Virus record (IMG/VR): IMGVR_UViG_3300028392_000057
DNA from: an uncultured virus (IMG/VR IMGVR_UViG_3300028392_000057)
Taxonomy: Duplodnaviria > Heunggongvirae > Uroviricota > Caudoviricetes
Length of the DNA stretch: 64,000 nucleotides
Direction: 5' to 3' (one strand)
The stretch's first letter is position 1; each line of letters begins with the position of its first letter. The position numbers and the translations under genes were made by a program. Below the pieces are notes generated by a model. That model had not been told where the DNA came from, ran no database searches, and was given only the letters and a program-made list of their open reading frames with translations. Positions 19,204 to 26,403 of this stretch are shown in pieces.

Positions 19204-19812
19204 ATGATTTATACTTTGCAATTACCTAAACCATCTGATAACTTAATTAACTTAGTTAAATCAGTCGCTCTAGATCGACCAATAAATGTTAGTTCTAGAA
19301 ATTGGCACAGTTCAATACAAGGTCCTGATATTAACTGTGCCGCTGGTGATTTTTTTTCTAACGACAGTATTAATCTCATAGCTACACAAGAATTCCAGCC
19401 ATTGTTTAAGCATAAACTATATGCAACAATTGGTGTTATACATAATATAAATCCTATAGAATTTGCATCATATCCACCACACTCTGATAGAGTGCGAACA
19501 GCAAGTATAAATTTTTATATTGAGTTAGGTGGAGATAATGTTAGCACTATCTTTTATGATAAAGAAGATTTAGCAAGTGATACTGTAGGAGGAAATGTAC
19601 TTACATATAAAGAGGTATCTGCACAACAAGAATATTTTTTTAATACTGGTACTTGGTATCTAATGAATAGCAGAAACTTTCACAGTGTGGAAAATATCAA
19701 AACCACACGAATTATTTTCGGGTTATCATTCTTAAATATTAGCATTGAAGAATTACTAAAAAGTTTGGCGGAGAGTGTGGGATTCGAACCCACGCACCGT
19801 TATTCACAGTGA
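19204..19812 (+). CDS. Putative Fe(II)/2OG oxygenase- or cupin-like protein
   Basis: YPPHSD...FHSVEN...TRIIFGL; TATAAATA upstream; 3' end overlaps tRNA-Ser antisense. Confidence 0.55.
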   Translation: MIYTLQLPKPSDNLINLVKSVALDRPINVSSRNWHSSIQGPDINCAAGDFFSNDSINLIATQEFQPLFKHKLYATIGVIHNINPIEFASYPPHSDRVRTASINFYIELGGDNVSTIFYDKEDLASDTVGGNVLTYKEVSAQQEYFFNTGTWYLMNSRNFHSVENIKTTRIIFGLSFLNISIEELLKSLAESVGFEPTHRYSQ

Positions 19813-19854
19813 CAGATTAGCAATCTGCTGGTTTAACCACTCACCCAACTCTCC
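19766..19854 (-). tRNA. tRNA-Ser(GCT)
   Basis: Long variable arm, TT-GCT-AA loop, G73, CCA. Confidence 0.95.
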
Positions 19855-19862
19855 TAAATACA

Positions 19863-19939
19863 TGGTACCCCCGCTGGGATTTGAACCCAGAAAAACGGCT
19901 TATGAGGCCGGCATTATAACCTGATTTAATTAAAGGGGC
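19863..19939 (-). tRNA. tRNA with CAT anticodon (Ile2/lysidine type or Met)
   Basis: CT-CAT-AA loop, GCCCC acceptor stem, CCA; imperfect stems. Confidence 0.75.
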
Positions 19940-19948
19940 ATCATTCTT

Positions 19949-20033
19949 TGGTGCGGGCACCCGGACTCGAACCGGGATGCACAAGGCGATAGATTTTAAG
20001 TCTATTGGGTCTAACCAATTTCCCCATGCCCGC
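19949..20033 (-). tRNA. tRNA-Leu(TAA)
   Basis: CT-TAA-AA loop, variable arm, CCA. Confidence 0.95.
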
Positions 20034-20050
20034 ATTTATAAACAATCTGT

Positions 20051-20079
20051 ATTATATATCAAATAGTTTTTGTTGTCAA
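20051..20079 (-). promoter_or_regulatory. Sigma70-type promoter inside the tRNA array
   Basis: TTGACA-17 nt-TATAAT. Confidence 0.85.
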
Positions 20080-20085
20080 ATATTT

Positions 20086-20160
20086 TGGCGGTCCCAGCGG
20101 GTAACGATCCCGCTCCTCATGCGTGACAGGCATGTATGCGTCCGTGAACACTTTGAGACC
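20086..20160 (-). tRNA. tRNA-Asp(GTC), atypical T-loop
   Basis: CT-GTC-AC loop, G73, CCA; T-loop ATCGTTA. Confidence 0.85.
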
Positions 20161-20165
20161 AATAT

Positions 20166-20250
20166 TGGTGGAGATTACTGGGATTGAACCAGTCGTGCCA
20201 TAAGGCGGCGGATTTACAATCCACTGCATCACCATTGATGCTTCATCTCC
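20166..20250 (-). tRNA. tRNA-Tyr(GTA)
   Basis: TT-GTA-AA loop, variable arm, CCA. Confidence 0.9.
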
Positions 20251-20255
20251 AAAAT

Positions 20256-20456
20256 TAGTATAAGCTACTTGTTTCCACGCCAGCCCTTAATTGAGCGGTT
20301 ACTCTGTCCATCTCATTTATTCAAAGTCTGTGTGCAGTTGAGATTCTGCCTATCAGAGCCTGCGAGGGTATTTTTAATCCTCACGCTAACGGTTTTCTGC
20401 CACCGGATCTCTGTCGCTAATCAAACGCTATTTTAACGAAAATAGTAACGGGATAC
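20256..20456 (-). ncRNA. Structured ncRNA candidate of unknown class (~200 nt)
   Basis: Fills the gap between tRNA-Glu and tRNA-Tyr; hairpins CTATTTT/AAAATAG and GCGTGAGG/CCCTCGC; ATCTCA/TGAGAT pairing. Confidence 0.6.
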
Positions 20457-20532
20457 TGGAGCTCGGTACGGGATTCGAACCCGTGTGAATGCCGTGAAAG
20501 GGCACTATCCTAGGCCGCTAGATGAACCGAGC
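20457..20532 (-). tRNA. tRNA-Glu(TTC)
   Basis: CT-TTC-AC loop, CCA. Confidence 0.9.
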
Positions 20533-20540
20533 CAAATATT

Positions 20541-20660
20541 ATTAGTTTTGCTGACGCACTGTTTGCTATGTCTCAACGGAATTGGTGGCCACACTACCGT
20601 TTATATACATAGTTACTCAGGGTTGACGTTTCCCCCATGGCTTACATCAGCAAAACTAAT
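20541..20660 (-). ncRNA. Structured ncRNA candidate (120 nt) with 18-bp closing stem
   Basis: ATTAGTTTTGCTGATGTA...TGCGTCAGCAAAACTAAT. Confidence 0.6.
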
Positions 20661-20665
20661 AACAC

Positions 20666-20900
20666 ACTATATGAAAACACATTATGGGAACTACATTCGT
20701 CTGTCCAGGACCGTCTCCTGTACCCCGGCTTGTACACCGGGAACTCTGAACTTCGTCATTACTGCCTAACTGCCCGTCACGTTCATAACTTTCGTTATCA
20801 TACGCTTCCTGATGTATGTCTCGGCGTGTATCCGTCGATACCCTTATAACCTTCGTACATCCTAACGGATCAGGTAACCCTTAATATGTTTACATATAGT
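20666..20900 (-). ncRNA. Stalk-enclosed RNA element C (~235 nt, internally structured)
   Basis: 19-bp closing duplex; internal hairpins ATAACGAAAGTTAT, CCCGG-TGTACAAG-CCGGG, CAGGA/TCCTG. Confidence 0.65.
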
Positions 20901-20936
20901 CCCTGTAACTTGTACAGGGCTATATGATAACTTAAC

Positions 20937-20948
20937 TTTTTAAAGAAC
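20937..20948 (-). promoter_or_regulatory. boxA-like antitermination element
   Basis: GTTCTTTAAAAA about 40 nt downstream of the promoter at 20989-21017. Confidence 0.55.
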
Positions 20949-20988
20949 TTTGTTGATTAGTACGATGACTTTTTCAACTCATGCTATG

Positions 20989-21017
20989 ATTGTATCACAA
21001 TCACCATTTATTGTCAA
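20989..21017 (-). promoter_or_regulatory. Sigma70-type promoter
   Basis: TTGACA-17 nt-TACAAT. Confidence 0.8.
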
Positions 21018-21070
21018 ATTCTTTTTTGTGTCTCTGTGTCCAAGAACTTGTTCAATCAATCTATACATAG

Positions 21071-21099
21071 AGTATAGCACTATTTGGATTTATTGTCAA
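21071..21099 (-). promoter_or_regulatory. Sigma70-type promoter (tandem with the 20989 promoter)
   Basis: TTGACA-17 nt-TATACT. Confidence 0.75.
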
Positions 21100-21128
21100 A
21101 CTATTAGTTGTTGTAAATAAACAACATT

Positions 21129-21203
21129 TGGTCCGGGGTACAGGAATCGAACCTGTATTGACTGCTTAGAAGGCAGCTGTATTATCCATTATACTAACCC
21201 CAG
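21129..21203 (-). tRNA. tRNA-Arg(TCT)
   Basis: CT-TCT-AA loop, CCA. Confidence 0.9.
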
Positions 21204-21224
21204 ATAGATTTTTGGCTTGTCTAT

Positions 21225-21253
21225 ATTATAGCAGAATACTCATTTAGTGTCAA
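21225..21253 (-). promoter_or_regulatory. Sigma70-type promoter
   Basis: TTGACA-17 nt-TATAAT with TG extension. Confidence 0.85.
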
Positions 21254-21256
21254 GCC

Positions 21257-22435
21257 CTACATCTTCTGACGATACCATTTACGGACAACACCCTCAGCGA
21301 TCTTACCTCGTATATCTTCACTATACGGTGAATTTAAATGCCTTGGCAATGTATAATTGCTAGGAAAATTGTTATAACTGTCAATGCTCATTCCCAAAAA
21401 CCAATTGCCCATGTTGTAACTCAATACCGTAAATAGTGCTTCATATTCATCGGCTTGCTCCTGTTCGTCCGTTACTAAATTAATTAGGTTGTTGTATATA
21501 TTATCAGGATCAATATTGTCTCCGTCAAAACTGTGAATTGCCATATCAGCTATCCAAATTGGTTTTTTATATTTTTGATTAACTAATTCAAAAAACTTAA
21601 TAGTGTCTACACCATTTGTATTATTTTTCCAACCTGCAATCAAATCAGCAACTGTTGGATTATTTGAATTAGTTAAGTATTTAGGAAACCATCCTACACC
21701 AATAATATCCAATTTACTTAATATAGTCTCACCAACCATATCAACCTGATTTTTTCCATTGTAGTACATTCCATTTGAATATATTACAGTGGTTAATTGT
21801 CCTTTATATACCTTGCGTATTTCTGTAATGAGATTTAACCAACCATTTTGATTTTTAACATCATACGTTAGATGTTGAACCTCATCTCCTATAATTACAA
21901 ATCTATCCACAGATCCTTGCTGTGCTATATTTGCTATTCTTGACATACTACTAGTATGGTTAGATATCCATTCGTCAAAATTAGAAGGTGATGAATGAAC
22001 AGTACTTAACAAATTGGTAACGTTTGTATTTTTATGTACAAAAGGGTAAACTGTTATAGTTAAACCTGCCGCTTTAAGCTTTCGAAAGAATGTTAGCAAA
22101 TCATTGTCACTTGGATTAAAGTTAATATTTGAATTAGGACTATTAGAAGATGGGGTATCGTAATACCCTGCACTAATCGTTACTTTAACATCATTAGCAC
22201 CCAATGCTTTAATGTTTTTAATATGGTCATCAATGTTAGTCCATCCGGGTAGTCCTAACAGGCTATCACTATTTAAAACCATGTTTACACTTTTAATAGC
22301 AAACTTGTTTTTTATATTGTTATCTATAATTTGAGGATATGCTTCAATGATAGGTGTAGTTGGTTGACCACCTCCGCCACCGCATCCTACAAGTATGATT
22401 GCTAATATCGTACTAGCAATAGAATTAATTCTCAT
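21257..22435 (-). CDS. Lipoprotein, GH113-like TIM-barrel glycoside hydrolase
   Basis: Lipobox ILVGC followed by GGGGG; IIGDEV, LITEIRKVYKGQLT and EQEQADEYEALF motifs. Confidence 0.65.
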   Translation of the reverse strand: MRINSIASTILAIILVGCGGGGGQPTTPIIEAYPQIIDNNIKNKFAIKSVNMVLNSDSLLGLPGWTNIDDHIKNIKALGANDVKVTISAGYYDTPSSNSPNSNINFNPSDNDLLTFFRKLKAAGLTITVYPFVHKNTNVTNLLSTVHSSPSNFDEWISNHTSSMSRIANIAQQGSVDRFVIIGDEVQHLTYDVKNQNGWLNLITEIRKVYKGQLTTVIYSNGMYYNGKNQVDMVGETILSKLDIIGVGWFPKYLTNSNNPTVADLIAGWKNNTNGVDTIKFFELVNQKYKKPIWIADMAIHSFDGDNIDPDNIYNNLINLVTDEQEQADEYEALFTVLSYNMGNWFLGMSIDSYNNFPSNYTLPRHLNSPYSEDIRGKIAEGVVRKWYRQKM

Positions 22436-22557
22436 GGAAAACTCCGTATTTAATGATGTGTTTTTTATACAAATAATCAGCGGGTTTTATTATAAACATA
22501 CCTGCTAAATCAATCTATACATATATTATAGTACCGATTGAATTTATTGTCAAATTT

Positions 22558-22612
22558 TGGTCTATAGTACAAAAATAGAACCTGTATTGATTGCTTAGAA
22601 GGCTAACCCCAG
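22558..22612 (-). pseudogene. Degenerate tRNA-Arg(TCT) copy
   Basis: AACCTGTATTGAttGCTTAGAAGGC and CTAACCCCAGATA match 21129-21206, with the D-arm deleted. Confidence 0.75.
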
Positions 22613-22624
22613 ATAAATAGTCGT

Positions 22625-23206
22625 ATGGAAAACAACACCTTATACGATGAACTAGAATTACCCAAAAATTGTACTCCCGATGATATCAAACAAAAATATA
22701 GAATACTAGCACAAACACATCATCCCGATAAAGGTGGTGATATAGAAAAATTTAAACGAATCAAATTAGCATATGAAACATTAAGTGATCCTGTTAAACG
22801 TGAACACTATGATAGTACCGGAGATCATTATGATGATACCAATCTTGATGCTGAAGTTTATGCAAGACTTTCAAATATGGTATCACAATACAGTCAACAG
22901 ATAAATCCAGAATTTGACGATTTAATTTTACAAATGAAGTTTGACATACATCATGCACAAAATCAAACCAATACTGCTATAGTAGATTGTAACGCTCTAA
23001 TAACAAAATTGAACATTGTTGCAAAAAAAATCAAATTAAAAAAAGAGGGTGATAATATATTAAAATCTTTTGTTGAGAAAAAAATAAACATTCATCATAC
23101 TGAACTGGTAAATCATAAAAGAGCCTTAATAGTTTTTTCACGAATGTTAGAAATATTAGAAGATTACCATTATAGTCATAGTGACTGGCAACTTCTAATT
23201 CAATGA
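22625..23206 (+). CDS. DnaJ-domain (J-domain) protein
   Basis: LYDELEL...HHPDKGGD...AYETLSDPVKREHYD. Confidence 0.9.
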   Translation: MENNTLYDELELPKNCTPDDIKQKYRILAQTHHPDKGGDIEKFKRIKLAYETLSDPVKREHYDSTGDHYDDTNLDAEVYARLSNMVSQYSQQINPEFDDLILQMKFDIHHAQNQTNTAIVDCNALITKLNIVAKKIKLKKEGDNILKSFVEKKINIHHTELVNHKRALIVFSRMLEILEDYHYSHSDWQLLIQ

Positions 23207-23281
23207 TGGTCCGGCGTGCAGGAATCGAACCCACATTCATCGGGTAGAAGCCGATTGTATTATCCATTATACTAACGCCAG
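23207..23281 (-). tRNA. tRNA-Arg(TCT), second copy
   Basis: ATCGG-CTTCTAC-CCGAT anticodon arm, CCA. Confidence 0.85.
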
Positions 23282-23292
23282 CTACTTTGTTG

Positions 23293-23892
23293 TCAATAAC
23301 TTTGACCGTTTTTGTATCGCTCTCGGCGCGAATGTCTACCCTTACCTTTATTTTTTGCTTTGTATGTTGGGGTTTGGCTATGACAATTTGGGCATAATAA
23401 ACATAAATTTTCAGGAGTATTATTATCACTGTTTCCGTCTCTATGCTCAAGCTCTAATGTTATATTTTTTCCATTCCACTCAGCGATACCGCATTCAGCA
23501 CATTTACTATCCTGTTGTTCTTTGATATGCCGGCGAACAGCAGATAATCCCGTTATTGTTTCCCTTGCAATCCATTTTCTAATAGTTTCTGCTGATTGAA
23601 AATCTTGCTGACAACGAACCGAACAATATTTACTATTTTTTCCAATTAGCTTACTACATTGAGGACAACTATTAGTTGAAACAATTAATCTTTTTGTATT
23701 ATTATGTGATGCAGAGCAAGATGAATTACAAAATTTTTTATATCTACCCTCATAATTAATGAGTGCATTACAATGCCCACATTTTTTTGGGTTAGACAGA
23801 TATGCTTCTATATTTGCTTGCTTTTTTTTTGCTGTAATTAGTGCAGAAACTTCTGCGCCTAATTTACCTGCTTGTGATTTGCTCATTTTCAT
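23293..23892 (-). CDS. HNH homing endonuclease
   Basis: LELEHRDGNSDNNTPENLCLLCPNCHSQT; Zn-finger repeats. Confidence 0.9.
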   Translation of the reverse strand: MKMSKSQAGKLGAEVSALITAKKKQANIEAYLSNPKKCGHCNALINYEGRYKKFCNSSCSASHNNTKRLIVSTNSCPQCSKLIGKNSKYCSVRCQQDFQSAETIRKWIARETITGLSAVRRHIKEQQDSKCAECGIAEWNGKNITLELEHRDGNSDNNTPENLCLLCPNCHSQTPTYKAKNKGKGRHSRRERYKNGQSY

Positions 23893-23949
23893 AGTTGAAC
23901 TTTCTTGTATACTAGTATTTAGTCCTCAACTCTAAAAACAGCATTTATT

Positions 23950-24023
23950 TGGTGCCCCACGACAGAATTGAACTGCCATCACAGGATTACAAAACCAGTG
24001 TACTACCATTGTACTAGTAGGGC
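23950..24023 (-). tRNA. tRNA-Thr(TGT)
   Basis: TT-TGT-AA loop, CCA; mismatched anticodon stem. Confidence 0.85.
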
Positions 24024-24030
24024 GGAAATT

Positions 24031-24106
24031 TGGCTCCTTGAACACGGTTCGAACGTGTGACCCAAGCATTAACAGTGCTTTGCTCTACCGACTGAGCTAT
24101 CAAGGA
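24031..24106 (-). tRNA. tRNA-Asn(GTT)
   Basis: CT-GTT-AA loop, G73, CCA. Confidence 0.95.
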
Positions 24107-24135
24107 ATATGTATTTTATTTAATAATATTGTACA

Positions 24136-24696
24136 CTAACTTAATAATATTCTACTATGTTTTGGAACACCTGCTAACAAATATTCCATTTGGTCAGCAA
24201 GTATAGTTCTATGTTGTAGTATCATATTTTCGTAGTGATTTGGGACATAAGGTGCGTATAATAATTCCATACGTACTTCTTTTAAACTCTTATGTCCTTT
24301 TTTACTGTTACAAGTTTTACAACTGGTAACCACGTTCATCCAAGTGTTTTCACCACCCTTACTTCTAGGGACAATGTGGTCACGACTTAATAGATGATAA
24401 TTGGGAAACTGTTCACCGCAATAAGCACATACATGTCTATCACGACCGAACAATGTTTTATTAGTTAGTGCTACACATGAGTGTTTATATGGATTGAATC
24501 CATGACCTTTGATGGCAATAATGCTACTAGCTTCTAAGTAACTTAATGTGCCGTCATTTTGTGTGCCACCTCGATATCTAGCCACAATGTTCCCCATTGA
24601 CCATGCAATGGCATCTTTTGCTTTATAGGTAATTGCGTCATCATTTGATATCCATTGCCGGGGAACTCCCGAGATATCTAGTGCTAGAACAGCCAT
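24136..24696 (-). CDS. HNH endonuclease (McrA-like)
   Basis: LFGRDRHVCAYCG...DHIVPRSKGG...NVVTSCKTCNSKKG; start trimmed to the Met after AAGGAG. Confidence 0.9.
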   Translation of the reverse strand: MAVLALDISGVPRQWISNDDAITYKAKDAIAWSMGNIVARYRGGTQNDGTLSYLEASSIIAIKGHGFNPYKHSCVALTNKTLFGRDRHVCAYCGEQFPNYHLLSRDHIVPRSKGGENTWMNVVTSCKTCNSKKGHKSLKEVRMELLYAPYVPNHYENMILQHRTILADQMEYLLAGVPKHSRILLS

Positions 24697-24744
24697 GTAG
24701 TACTCCTTTTCTGTTATTATCACTAATTGTATTTAATCACTTGT

Positions 24745-24819
24745 TGGCGGGTCCTGCAGGAATTGAACCCACATCCCGAAGTTCGAAGCATCGTATTCTA
24801 TCCATTGAACTAAGGACCC
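24745..24819 (-). tRNA. tRNA-Arg(TCG)
   Basis: CT-TCG-AA loop, CCA. Confidence 0.85.
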
Positions 24820-24825
24820 AATAAA

Positions 24826-24978
24826 GGTGGGAGCCTAACTATCTTATTGTTAATAAGCCTCATTAGATTGTCTCGTATAGGCAAGTTTATACTACCCGTC
24901 AATCATACTATAGTGTCATCACAGTTAACCCCACTGTGATTAGATTGACAGGGACTTAAACCTATCGTCTATCCCATA
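24826..24978 (-). ncRNA. Structured ncRNA candidate (~150 nt)
   Basis: Nested arms TGGGA/TCCCA, ATAGG/CCTAT, TGTCAATC/GATTGACG, ATCACAGT/ACTGTGAT. Confidence 0.6.
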
Positions 24979-24983
24979 AACAG

Positions 24984-25538
24984 TTAATTTTCAAGTAAAT
25001 AAATAGGGTCTTTGTCAAAAGCTAATGATAGTGTAATTCTAGGCACAGGATTATCTATGGGTAAATACACACTATGCAATACTTTTGTTCTTAACACCGT
25101 CGCTTGTTTTATTTCTACTCTATCAACTAATACTAGATTTTCATACTTATCAGCCATGAAACAGAATCTCCCACCACCATCTGGATTAACATATCTTGGA
25201 GATTCAGTGTCACTAGTATAAAAATTAGTATATGTGTCTTGACAATTTAGTAATGGTAAATTTACTCTGGCGTGTGAAGGGTAAGCGTCAATATGAGGTC
25301 TACTGTGTTTAGGTAAATACATTACATAGACTGCTGCCATTATAATTTTTAAGTCATGTTTTTGAAATGCCAATTGAAGTTCGGGGCATACCTTCATTAA
25401 CATTTCTAAATCAAGATAATACCAATTAGTATTTGCCAACGATCTAGTATAGGCTCTATCGACTGTTTTTACGTATGCTAAACATTTATTTATAATGGTA
25501 GCAAAATAATCTATTTCTAATGGTTTATAATAAATCAT
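24984..25538 (-). CDS. Putative Fe(II)/2OG oxygenase- or cupin-like protein
   Basis: SRPHID...LHSVY...PRITLSL; start trimmed to MIYYKPL. Confidence 0.55.
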   Translation of the reverse strand: MIYYKPLEIDYFATIINKCLAYVKTVDRAYTRSLANTNWYYLDLEMLMKVCPELQLAFQKHDLKIIMAAVYVMYLPKHSRPHIDAYPSHARVNLPLLNCQDTYTNFYTSDTESPRYVNPDGGGRFCFMADKYENLVLVDRVEIKQATVLRTKVLHSVYLPIDNPVPRITLSLAFDKDPIYLLEN

Positions 25539-25552
25539 TCTATATTTATCAC

Positions 25553-25627
25553 TGGCACCCCCTGATGGATTCGAACCACCGAATGTCGGAATCAAAATCC
25601 GAGGCCTTACCGCTTGGCGAAGGGGGT
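25553..25627 (-). tRNA. tRNA-Gln(TTG)
   Basis: TT-TTG-AT loop, CCA. Confidence 0.95.
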
Positions 25628-25632
25628 ATAAA

Positions 25633-25709
25633 TGGTAGCCTCACTCTGACTCGAACAGAGGACCTATGCGTTATCAACACATTGCTCTAACCAACTGAGC
25701 TATGAGGCT
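25633..25709 (-). tRNA. tRNA-Ile(GAT)
   Basis: TT-GAT-AA loop, CCA. Confidence 0.95.
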
Positions 25710-25713
25710 GTAA

Positions 25714-25788
25714 TGGTGGATGTAAGTAGATTTGAACTACTGACCTATTCCGTATGAAGGAATTGCACTACCGCTGTGCTATACATCC
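25714..25788 (-). tRNA. tRNA-Met(CAT), elongator type
   Basis: TT-CAT-AC loop, paired G1:C72, CCA. Confidence 0.85.
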
Positions 25789-25789
25789 T

Positions 25790-25866
25790 TGGGGTGCTTG
25801 ATGGGATTCGAACCCACGTATATCGGAATCACAATCCGAGGTCTTAACCGCTTGACGACAAGCACC
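25790..25866 (-). tRNA. tRNA-His(GTG)
   Basis: TT-GTG-AT loop, G-1:C73, CCA. Confidence 0.95.
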
Positions 25867-25867
25867 A

Positions 25868-25957
25868 TGGTAGAAACGGTGAGATTCGAACTCACGGACC
25901 CTTTCGGATCGACAGTTTTCAAGACTGTTGCAATAGGCCGGACTCTGCCACGTTTCC
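25868..25957 (-). tRNA. tRNA-Ser(TGA)
   Basis: CT-TGA-AA loop, long variable arm, CCA. Confidence 0.95.
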
Positions 25958-26143
25958 TTAGGCTTTTTTATCTATTTGATTATTATAATGTGTAGGCTCT
26001 AATTTACCTACTTTATCGTATAGATACTGTACAACCTCTAAGTATTGCTTATTAGTTGCAGGATCTTCTAATGTTTTATAAACTGTTGTGCGATATTGAT
26101 GATTGGTAATATCGTTTACTGCTGATATGGTTTGAATTATCAT
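25958..26143 (-). CDS. Small hypothetical protein
   Basis: Start trimmed to MIIQTISAV; TATAAATA just upstream. Confidence 0.55.
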   Translation of the reverse strand: MIIQTISAVNDITNHQYRTTVYKTLEDPATNKQYLEVVQYLYDKVGKLEPTHYNNQIDKKA

Positions 26144-26156
26144 GCAGTATTTATAC

Positions 26157-26233
26157 TGGTGGAAGCAGAGGGATTCGAACCCTCGACTCACGGATTAAAA
26201 GTCCGTTACTCTAGCCAACTGAGTTATGCTTCC
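26157..26233 (-). tRNA. tRNA-Lys(TTT)
   Basis: CT-TTT-AA loop, CCA. Confidence 0.95.
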
Positions 26234-26239
26234 ATATAT

Positions 26240-26316
26240 TGGTGCGACCGGAGAAATTCGAATTCCCGACTCCTAAGTTCGTAGCCTAGTACTCTATCCA
26301 TCTGAGTTACGGTCGC
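26240..26316 (-). tRNA. tRNA-Arg(ACG)
   Basis: CT-ACG-AA loop, CCA. Confidence 0.95.
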
Positions 26317-26403
26317 ATTCTAAAACACACCTAGTACTCCCTGATCTAATGGGTCTAGCGTTTTCAGCTAATATTGTTTTTCACTAGGTATATTTTAGAA
26401 TGC
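26315..26403 (-). ncRNA. Stalk-enclosed RNA element D
   Basis: 21-bp closing duplex with two G:U pairs, abutting the tRNA-Arg 5' end. Confidence 0.6.

Noticed and set aside
18975..20900. tmRNA or RNase P RNA identity for the ncRNA candidates
   Set aside because: No tRNA-Ala-like ends with a T-arm and CCA, and no GAGGAAAGTCC or ACAGAACCCGGCTTA-type conserved boxes.
23207..23281. Amber suppressor tRNA (CTA) that could read the iscU TAG
   Set aside because: The stem ATCGG/CCGAT fixes the 7-nt loop as CT-TCT-AC (Arg). The register giving CTA does not pair.
24840..24930. Hammerhead ribozyme (TGATGA and CTAATGAG strings)
   Set aside because: No exact CUGAUGA core paired with GAAA in a three-stem arrangement.
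17941..26403. CRISPR array
   Set aside because: The recurring elements are dispersed inverted-repeat stalks, not tandem direct repeats with regular spacers. No cas genes are present.
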